Part shown: positions 54,738 to 61,955 of the stretch, piece after piece
How positions within the stretch are numbered: position 1 is the first letter of the stretch
Layout: the number at the start of each line of letters is the position of its first letter
DNA from: Candidatus Bruticola sp.
GTDB lineage: Bacteria > Vulcanimicrobiota > Xenobia > Xenobiales > Xenobiaceae
Reading direction: 5' to 3'
DNA: 64,000 nt
NCBI GenBank assembly: GCA_051874735.1
Contig: JBJEGD010000026.1
Span: 162,247 to 226,246 of the forward strand
The notes under the pieces: generated by a model
The model's database searches: none
Seen by the model: the letters and a program-made list of their open reading frames with translations, nothing else
What the model was told of the DNA's origin: nothing
Program-made: the position numbers and the translations under genes

Positions 54738-55130
54738 GTGGCTTATAAAGTTTTTGTAGTTGACGATTCCAAGTTTATGCGCATGATGCTGGGAGAAGTT
54801 ATTACTTCTATGGGATGTGAAGTCATCGAAATAGACAGCGGGCGGCGCGCTGTAACCATGTATGAGCATTATAAGCCTGATTTGGTGACTTTAGACATTC
54901 TGATGCCTGAACAGGATGGTATTGAAACGCTTAAGCAGCTTTTTGATACCGATCCTAACGCTAAGGTTGTTATGGTGACGGCATTGGGTATGGAAGATTA
55001 CATTAAGCAGGCGATGGAGCTAGGGGCCTGTGGTTTTATTGTGAAGCCTTTTTCCGCTGAGCAAGTAGAAACAGTACTTTCGGAAGTCTTAGGCGATCCT
55101 TCTTTGCACATTTCGGCTGATGAATTTTAA
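54738..55130 (+). CDS. single-domain CheY-like response regulator receiver
   Basis: VFVVDDS, phospho-acceptor context LVTLDILMP, VVMVTA, KPF. GTG start 12 nt after the dtd stop. Confidence 0.88.
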   Translation: MAYKVFVVDDSKFMRMMLGEVITSMGCEVIEIDSGRRAVTMYEHYKPDLVTLDILMPEQDGIETLKQLFDTDPNAKVVMVTALGMEDYIKQAMELGACGFIVKPFSAEQVETVLSEVLGDPSLHISADEF

Positions 55131-55160
55131 CAGTTCATTGGCAGGCTGGTAGCTCAAAGC

Positions 55161-55841
55161 TCAAATTATAGGGGCGCTCAGTACCGCTATAACTCTGCCT
55201 TTGTGGCATTTCAATTGAGCTTGTTCGGCCGTTATTACATTAGAAAGTCCTCTAGTAGAAGAACGTTGCAGCAGACTGTGTTCAAGGGGCCATTTAGTTC
55301 CTGTTACGCTTATTTCTACTTTGCTGTCTAGGGCAATGAGCGAAAGAATCCACCCTTGGAAACCTCTCCAAGAGCGGTTTTTTTGTTGCAGTTGGCAAAC
55401 TTGGCAGCCTGGCTCTACTAGAACAGTGTCTAGGCCTAATTCATCGGCTAATTGAAGTAAGCTGATAACATTAAATAAACAATGATCTAAACGGCCCCCG
55501 AGGGCGGCGGCTATGACAGCTTGATAAAAACCTAATCTGTGAGCGGCGCGCAGGGCCAGTTCCAGATCGCTGTAATTTTTGTCACAAGGAAAAGTTAAGA
55601 CTTGCTGACAACTTTTCTGCATGTCAGCTAGAACATTTTGAGGCAAAGAATCGAAATCGCCCAGCATTATATCTGGATGCAGTCCGCTTTTCTGTAGATA
55701 GAGCGCTCCGCGGTCGGCAGCAATAATACAGTCGCCGATTCTATACAATTTATATAGCCAGTCTGGGGGGGGAGGGGAGCCGCCGCCTACAATAAAAGCC
55801 CGATTAAAAGCAGAAAAATGGCTACTTTCTAGAGTGTCCAT
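55161..55841 (-). CDS. thiN: thiamine pyrophosphokinase
   Basis: IVGGG...IAADRGA...PD.MLGDFDS motifs. Overlaps the 3-prime end of thiT by 20 nt. Confidence 0.82.
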   Translation of the reverse strand: MDTLESSHFSAFNRAFIVGGGSPPPPDWLYKLYRIGDCIIAADRGALYLQKSGLHPDIMLGDFDSLPQNVLADMQKSCQQVLTFPCDKNYSDLELALRAAHRLGFYQAVIAAALGGRLDHCLFNVISLLQLADELGLDTVLVEPGCQVCQLQQKNRSWRGFQGWILSLIALDSKVEISVTGTKWPLEHSLLQRSSTRGLSNVITAEQAQLKCHKGRVIAVLSAPII

Positions 55842-56373
55842 AGGCCTCCATAGCTTTTTTGAGAGTAGGAACTAACAGATACAACACTAAAGCAGAAGGC
55901 AGAAGAAAAGTGCAATTATAACTCAAAGACCACAACCAGGGTGAAGTTGGCAGCTGATCTGATGAGAGAAATAGCTTGATAAAGATAACTCCCGAAAGAG
56001 TATGACAAAATAATCGCACCGATACTGCAGCCAGAACGGAAAGCCAAGAGCGATTTTTAAAAACAGGCAACCCGGCTACAGCTAAAGAAGCATAAGCCAA
56101 AGGATAATCGAGAAAAAACTGCAGAGGATGGAATATCACTGGCTCTTGTAAAGCGTGCAAGCTGCCATAAATAAGGCCAGCCGCTGCTGCTTTAAAGCTT
56201 CCCTTGCTCACAGCTAACAGGAGCAGAGGTAGCATATCCAGAGATATCTGTCCCCCGTTAGGCATAACTGGTAAATTAAAAAAGGCCAATAAAAGCGACA
56301 GGGCGACGGCAGCGCCAACCTCGGCTATGCCTCGCCCTGACTCACGCAGCGGCCTGGCTAAATATTCAGCCAT
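55822..56373 (-). CDS. thiT: thiamine transporter ThiT-like (ECF S-component type) membrane protein
   Basis: ~6 TM. Layout ISLDMLPLLLLAVSKG...GLIYGSLH...HPLQFFLDYPLAYASLAVAG resembles ThiT. GGAAGG RBS. Genomic link to thiN. Confidence 0.7.
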   Translation of the reverse strand: MAEYLARPLRESGRGIAEVGAAVALSLLLAFFNLPVMPNGGQISLDMLPLLLLAVSKGSFKAAAAGLIYGSLHALQEPVIFHPLQFFLDYPLAYASLAVAGLPVFKNRSWLSVLAAVSVRLFCHTLSGVIFIKLFLSSDQLPTSPWLWSLSYNCTFLLPSALVLYLLVPTLKKAMEAYGHSRK

Positions 56374-56408
56374 AACGCTGACCTTCCAAAAATAACGAGA
56401 TTGTCAGC

Positions 56409-56600
56409 TTACTCAGCCTGACTATTTTTCCAAGAACGCAGGCAGCGAGTGCATACTCTGATCGCTTTGGGAGAACCTTTTACCATAACAACAATCTTCT
56501 GCAGGTTGGGCAGCCAACGGCGGCGAGTACGACGATTAGAGTGGCTGACCATATTGCCAGTGGAAGGGCCTTTACCGCAATGAGCGCAAACTCTGGACAT
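56409..56600 (-). CDS. rpmB: 50S ribosomal protein L28
   Basis: [35 protein letters not shown] matches the L28 N-terminus. GGAGG RBS 9 nt before ATG 56600. The ORF extension to 56642 is unlikely to be translated. Confidence 0.93.
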   Translation of the reverse strand: MSRVCAHCGKGPSTGNMVSHSNRRTRRRWLPNLQKIVVMVKGSPKAIRVCTRCLRSWKNSQAE

Positions 56601-56722
56601 GTTTTTTGTTCCTCCTGTATGTCCGTGCTCTTCTGTGCGCACGGTTCCGGGGAGCCGGACGAACGAGAAAGACTTCTTGACAAGCTATTGAAAAAAATAG
56701 AAAGATGTACAATAGCGGGGGT

Positions 56723-56751
56723 ATTCTACCACAACTGCATTTTCTTGTCCA
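56723..56751 (-). promoter_or_regulatory. candidate sigma70 promoter for rpmB-thiT-thiN
   Basis: On the minus strand: TGGACA, 17-nt spacer ending in TG, then TAGAAT (extended -10 like). It lies ~115 nt upstream of the rpmB ATG. Confidence 0.35.
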
Positions 56752-56948
56752 GATCGAAACTCTGAGGCCTGCTTTTTTTTAAGGCTTAAAGCTAGTACGT
56801 CAGTCTAAAAACGTTCTGTTGCTAACTACTAACATGTGGCAAAATTAGAACTAAACATATTTTGCCTCTCTTTTAATTGATACATATATGCTATTATGCA
56901 TCTATTAATTTTTACGGCGTTTAATATTTCCAAAGAAGGGGCTATTCT

Positions 56949-57677
56949 ATGGATTACACTGAACATGTTGGCTGGTTTTTTAAAAGACGCAATTTTTGGA
57001 GCTGTTTAGCTAAAATGGGACTCTTGTTTTTTACAATTTTTGGTCCTTTGTGCTACAGCGCAGAGATAACTAGAGAGACTGTTAAAAAAGGGTCCGCTGA
57101 AGCTGAAATGCCTCTGTTCACTTTTGATAATTGCTGCTCACGCAGTATTATGCTTTGGCTTTGCTGGATCAGCATGTCATTTATACCTGCGTTGTTGGGT
57201 GTCGTGCTTATTCTGCTCGATTACACGCCAGCGGCTAAATTCTTTACTGGGATTTCTACCTTTTTATCGCTTGTTTACCTACCTGCTTTCCTAATATGCG
57301 CAGCTTCCGGAGATGATAGCTCTTCAGTATATGGCAAATTCTTTAGTCTCCCCTGGGTGGGATTGCCCAAATATTATGGATTAGTTTTTATTTACGCTAT
57401 TTGGACAGGAGTGGTCAGTGCGGTTATGATTCTGCCCATTTCCTTCGTTATGCTCGGCATTGTTGCTATAGGATTAGAAAAATTTGCTTTAGCAATTATT
57501 ATGCTGCTGCCAGCAATTTTTTTGGCTTTAATGATTAGTTTTGCCGCTCATGCTTATGCTTTCGCTTCTGTGGCTTCTCTAATTGGTACTTACATGCGCA
57601 CATATAAAGAACTGCTTTTAGCTAAAAATATTGTCCGTCCTGAAGCTTTTTTATTGGAAGGAAGTTTTGAAGAGTAG
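56949..57677 (+). CDS. polytopic membrane protein (DUF4013-like topology)
   Basis: 5-6 hydrophobic segments. GAAGGGG RBS 7 nt upstream. Architecture is similar to the next gene. Confidence 0.6.
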   Translation: MDYTEHVGWFFKRRNFWSCLAKMGLLFFTIFGPLCYSAEITRETVKKGSAEAEMPLFTFDNCCSRSIMLWLCWISMSFIPALLGVVLILLDYTPAAKFFTGISTFLSLVYLPAFLICAASGDDSSSVYGKFFSLPWVGLPKYYGLVFIYAIWTGVVSAVMILPISFVMLGIVAIGLEKFALAIIMLLPAIFLALMISFAAHAYAFASVASLIGTYMRTYKELLLAKNIVRPEAFLLEGSFEE

Positions 57678-57829
57678 ACGACCAATGCCCTAATCGTTTT
57701 TTTAGGAAAAAATCAGCTATTCTTGAACTACTTGTACTTCTATACGTGTATACGATAAAGGAATAGTGTATATAACTAGTAAATAAGAGAGAGTTAAATT
57801 TTGGTTAAATTCAGCTAAGGAGAGACTGT

Positions 57830-58510
57830 ATGCAGTTTTTAAAGCCAATTAATTATATAATGGATGCCCCTCAAATTGTCAAAAAAATTTTTATTTTATT
57901 GATATTCACCATCTTCATCATAACTATTCCGGCTGTTGGTGGCTATACCGTAAAAATTATTAAAAATATACGCAGCGGTAAATTGGAGCTTCCTGATCTT
58001 GAATTCGGAGATTTCTCCGAGCTTTTCAGCGAAGGATGCCGTGTATTTCTGCAAATGTTCCTGCTTATGCTTCCTGCGGTTATTTTCATAGGCATAGGCA
58101 TGGCGATTATGTTTACGCAAGACAGCCCTATGCTGGGCATAGTCTTTATTATTATTGGACTGGTGGGAGTTTTTATAGCTAGTTACTTGTCATCGGCAAT
58201 TTTTTGTTTGGCTGCCAAAGACTCTGACTGGATGTTGATTAAGTTCGACAAAATTCATAGTATTATGTACAGCGAAAACGCTTCTTACCTGAAACTGTTC
58301 GCCTTCATTTTCGTTTGGAATATAATATTTAATGCTGTGAGTATGGTACCGATTGTTGGTATCGTGATCCCCATGCTGCTGGTTTTTGTGCAGGGCGTTT
58401 TGTGTGGAGAGTACATGAGATTAGTCGATCCTGAAGACAATGCTACTGAAGCTTATGATATTGGTTCAGGTTCTGATAAGATAAAGTCCGATTCTGCATA
58501 CTTCAGCTAA
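57830..58510 (+). CDS. DUF4013-like membrane protein
   Basis: N-terminal layout (IVKKIFILLIF...AVGGYTVKIIKNIRSGKLELPDLEFGDFSELFSEG) resembles DUF4013. AAGGAGAG RBS 5 nt upstream. Confidence 0.62.
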   Translation: MQFLKPINYIMDAPQIVKKIFILLIFTIFIITIPAVGGYTVKIIKNIRSGKLELPDLEFGDFSELFSEGCRVFLQMFLLMLPAVIFIGIGMAIMFTQDSPMLGIVFIIIGLVGVFIASYLSSAIFCLAAKDSDWMLIKFDKIHSIMYSENASYLKLFAFIFVWNIIFNAVSMVPIVGIVIPMLLVFVQGVLCGEYMRLVDPEDNATEAYDIGSGSDKIKSDSAYFS

Positions 58511-58598
58511 AAAAAACATAATTTGGAGCAGATGTGGCGAAAAATTAAACATCTGCCCCACTGGGGTATATTTTACCGTAAGTATCTGTAACGTTAAA

Positions 58599-58632
58599 AG
58601 CTGCTGGAAATAAGTTTCAGCAGTTTTTTTTA
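58599..58632 (+). terminator. rho-independent terminator
   Basis: gctgctggaaa / tttcagcag stem with a one-base bulge, followed by a T8 run. Confidence 0.55.
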
Positions 58633-58866
58633 TATCGATAATTTATTGAAGAGGAGCCAAACTTAGTTAAGTTTAATACTTCATTCTGTATGAAGTGCTG
58701 GTCCCCGTACTGATCGTATTCTTTGCATATAAAGTTGTGCAGATAAAAAAGCTGTATCTAGAACAGAACTGCGGCCTCTCGTCTGCAGATTGTATAAGTT
58801 ATATGATGACAATGCTTAGTTAACGTCAATGATAGAGGGCCAAATTTTTTTTAATTGGTAAGATGG

Positions 58867-60525
58867 ATGAATAATAAGCGAGTTCTTGCGCTTGGACTAT
58901 CTTTAGCTCTATTTTTGGGCGGGCTGGCTCAAGCTGACACAGGAGAAGGCGGTGCCTCTGGTTGTGGATCTGGGCGCATTGAGGCTGCTGATGGCCGGAA
59001 TTCTGCCGTAAAAGCCCCTTCATCTGAATATAAGTTGGAAGCAGATCAAGCATCTTTAGATCTTGAGCATCCAGCTGATCATTATGTCTCGACGCGCAGT
59101 GAGGCAGAAAAATCGAAAACTGCTTCAAAAGATTTAGAAGGCTTTGAACAGAAGAGTCTGTTAGAAATGCAGATTATAGACGGTTCCGGAGCGGTGCGCC
59201 AAATGGAACGTTCTGTAACTGGAAGCGATAAGTTCGATCTTAACAGTGCTATAGGGGCCTATACTTTAGAGAACAGTATAAGTAAAGCTATGCGTCAGAA
59301 CTCTAAAGTCAGAGTGGCCGATGAACGAATTGTCCAAGCTAACGCTCAGTACGGACAAAACAAAACTCAGAAGAATTTAAAATTTATTGTTAACGATAAA
59401 ACTACTTGGCAAAACAGACAAGTTAGCGGTAATAGAACAACATTAGAGGCTCTAACTAACCAGCTTGATGCTTCCCTGCAGCTTTTGCTCACCACTTTCG
59501 GTCAAATTGAGAAGCAGATTGCTGCTTCTTATTTGCAGATAGGAGTGGCTGCTCTCGACGCCGCTTCTGTACGTCACGATCTAGCTTATGCGGTTAAGCG
59601 CGATTTCTTTAACTGCCTTAAAGCTGAAGCTCAGGTCGATGTAGCTAAGCTCAATCTTCAAGTTTGTGAAAAGAACCTTTCCGACTCAAAAAGGCTATAT
59701 CGCCGAGGTGTTATGGCCCTTTATGATGTTATTCAGGCTGATCTTCAGGTGACTGAAGCTCATGAACAGTTGGAACGCAGCTACAGCGGGGTTCAATCTG
59801 CTAATGCAGCATTTTTAAGCGATTTAGAGGAGCGTGTGGCCGGTGAAGCTAGCACTGCTCCTTTATATTTTCAGCCTCCTAAGCCTATAGAAGTCGATCC
59901 TTTATGTCGTCTTTCCGATCTGCAGGAACTGGCCATGCGCCGTCGGTTTGAAATTCTCAGTCTTGATCGGAGTATAGAAGTTGCTGAAAAGGTTAGAGAA
60001 GCTGAAAAATGCAGCAATCTCCCTCAATTGCTCTTAGCTGCAGATTATATCTTCTCGCCGGGATATCGCACTTATCCCTGCAGTATGTATCAGCTTAGTT
60101 TGAATGTTAATTGGTCAGTTTGGGACGGAGGTCTTAAAAAACAGAAGCTGATAGAGCTTGACTCACAAATCCGCTCCTTAGAGGCCTCCCGCGATCAGCT
60201 TTGCAATAGTATACGCTTAGAAGTGGAGCAAGCTTGGATCGACTTTAATCTTTCTGCTGTTGTATTGAAGACCGCCCGTCAGCGTGTGGAAGCTGCTTGG
60301 GTTTACAGCGATATGGCCAGACAGCGTTTTTTAAACGGTTTGGGAACTTCTTTGGAAGTACAGAACAGTTTGAAGAGCTTGAACGATGCCCGTGTGGCTT
60401 ACGTAGTGGCCTCTTACGATCGTGATTTAGCTTTTGCCACTATAGAACACAGCGTGGGGTGTGATTTCCCTAACCGCCGACTAGAAGTTTTACCCGAGTT
60501 GTTAGAAGCTCCAGAACAGCCTTAA
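58867..60525 (+). CDS. TolC-like outer membrane efflux protein (OMF)
   Basis: Signal peptide MNNKRVLALGLSLALFLGGLAQA. Two OEP-type coiled repeats. ~120-aa low-complexity N-terminal extension. The ORF is open from TTG 58855. Confidence 0.85.
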   Translation: MNNKRVLALGLSLALFLGGLAQADTGEGGASGCGSGRIEAADGRNSAVKAPSSEYKLEADQASLDLEHPADHYVSTRSEAEKSKTASKDLEGFEQKSLLEMQIIDGSGAVRQMERSVTGSDKFDLNSAIGAYTLENSISKAMRQNSKVRVADERIVQANAQYGQNKTQKNLKFIVNDKTTWQNRQVSGNRTTLEALTNQLDASLQLLLTTFGQIEKQIAASYLQIGVAALDAASVRHDLAYAVKRDFFNCLKAEAQVDVAKLNLQVCEKNLSDSKRLYRRGVMALYDVIQADLQVTEAHEQLERSYSGVQSANAAFLSDLEERVAGEASTAPLYFQPPKPIEVDPLCRLSDLQELAMRRRFEILSLDRSIEVAEKVREAEKCSNLPQLLLAADYIFSPGYRTYPCSMYQLSLNVNWSVWDGGLKKQKLIELDSQIRSLEASRDQLCNSIRLEVEQAWIDFNLSAVVLKTARQRVEAAWVYSDMARQRFLNGLGTSLEVQNSLKSLNDARVAYVVASYDRDLAFATIEHSVGCDFPNRRLEVLPELLEAPEQP

Positions 60526-60561
60526 TTAACTAAAGCTATCGATTTCTATCAGGAGATATAT

Positions 60562-61944
60562 ATGAACTTTTCCCGCAAGTTTACTTTTTATGTAACGGCT
60601 GCGGCTTTGGGCCTAAGCCTAATAACGTCCGGCTGTTCCGGTGATACTGCTAAAGAGCAGGGCGGCAGTTCTGCGCAAACAGAGTCTTCCAGCAGTTCCT
60701 CTACTGACAAAAGTAGTAAAAACGGTAAAGAGGCCGCTACTACGACTGCTGCGGCTCCTGCTCCGGCCGTAAATGCCGTGAAGATCGGTACTGTAGAACA
60801 GAAATTTACTCGCGAATGGCCGGCAGAACTTAAATATTCCAGTACGGTAGACGTCAAAGCCCGCGTCGTTGGCACTTTACAGGACTTTTCTTTTAAAGAG
60901 GGTTTTAAAGTAAACGCCGGGCAAGTCATTTTCCGCATAGACGACGCTCCTTATGTGGCAGCTCTTCAAGGAGCTCAGGCACAAGTCTCTCAATGTCAAG
61001 CTGATCTAGATTATGCTAAGGCTCAGGTCGATGTGCGCCGCGCAGAAGCCGATCTGAGCTCGGCAAAAGCCGATTTAATACGAGCTCAGCAAGACGTCGA
61101 CCGTTACAAACCGCTGGCTGTCAACGGTGTTATTCCTACCCAGACTTTGGATAACGCTGTAGCTCAGCGCGATGTAGCTCAAGCTCGCGTCGATTCAGCT
61201 CAGGCAACTCTGCACAATACTGAACTTTCGTCCAGGGCCCAAATAGAAGTAGCTAAGGCTAATTTAGAAGCAGCCCAAGCGCAAGTAACTCAGGCTAAGC
61301 TCAATATCGGTTACTGCACTATTACTTCACCTATTACAGGTGTTATAGGTGAAATTAATGTTTATCCTGGTAACTTAGTAGGACAAGCCGGCAGTCAACA
61401 GGTTTTAGTAACTATATCTTCGCTCGATCCAATTTACTGTAATTTTAGTTTGAGCGAAAAAGAGTACTTGTACATGATGGAACACCGCGGTTCTGGCGAG
61501 GTAGATTTCAATTTGGTACTCTCTGACGGTTCTGTTTACAAACACAACGGAAGTTTCAGCATGATTTCCCGTTCTCTCGATGCTAAGAGCGGTACAATTG
61601 CAGTGCGTATAGCTTTCCCCAATCCTGAAAGGCTACTGCGTGAAGGACAATTTGGACGCTTGCGTGTGACGAGCCGCGCTTCGGAAAAGGTTTTAGTTGT
61701 GCCTCAGAAGGCTGTTTCGACAGTACAATCGGATCACGCTGTATATGTAGTTGGAGCTAACAATATTGTCGAATCAAGAAATATCACTATAGGCAACGCC
61801 GTAGGCACCGACTTTATTGTCAAATCTGGACTTAAACCTGGCGAAATTGTCATTGTAGACGGACTTACTAAAGTACAGGCTGGGGCTGCCTGTGATCCTA
61901 CCATTACTTCCGCTAATGCGGATGATTCTTCCGCCCAGGGTTAG
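60562..61944 (+). CDS. efflux RND periplasmic adaptor (MFP) lipoprotein
   Basis: Lipobox LITSGC. Biotinyl-lipoyl/hairpin/beta-barrel layout: VIFRIDDAPY, coiled hairpin, CTITSPITGVIG, VVPQKAV. GGAG RBS. Confidence 0.92.
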   Translation: MNFSRKFTFYVTAAALGLSLITSGCSGDTAKEQGGSSAQTESSSSSSTDKSSKNGKEAATTTAAAPAPAVNAVKIGTVEQKFTREWPAELKYSSTVDVKARVVGTLQDFSFKEGFKVNAGQVIFRIDDAPYVAALQGAQAQVSQCQADLDYAKAQVDVRRAEADLSSAKADLIRAQQDVDRYKPLAVNGVIPTQTLDNAVAQRDVAQARVDSAQATLHNTELSSRAQIEVAKANLEAAQAQVTQAKLNIGYCTITSPITGVIGEINVYPGNLVGQAGSQQVLVTISSLDPIYCNFSLSEKEYLYMMEHRGSGEVDFNLVLSDGSVYKHNGSFSMISRSLDAKSGTIAVRIAFPNPERLLREGQFGRLRVTSRASEKVLVVPQKAVSTVQSDHAVYVVGANNIVESRNITIGNAVGTDFIVKSGLKPGEIVIVDGLTKVQAGAACDPTITSANADDSSAQG

Positions 61945-61955
61945 GAGGGAGAACT

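Noticed and set aside
56677-56713. Plus-strand TTGACA ... TACAAT pair
   Set aside because: The spacer is 25 nt, far from the 16-18 nt needed. No plus-strand gene follows within 230 nt.
56374-56860. TPP riboswitch upstream of thiT or rpmB
   Set aside because: Only a short partial resemblance was found (gatctggacaa, next to ctcagag). The spacing is wrong and the P2/P3 and pyrophosphate-helix consensus is missing. The same bases are better explained as the -35 region of a promoter.
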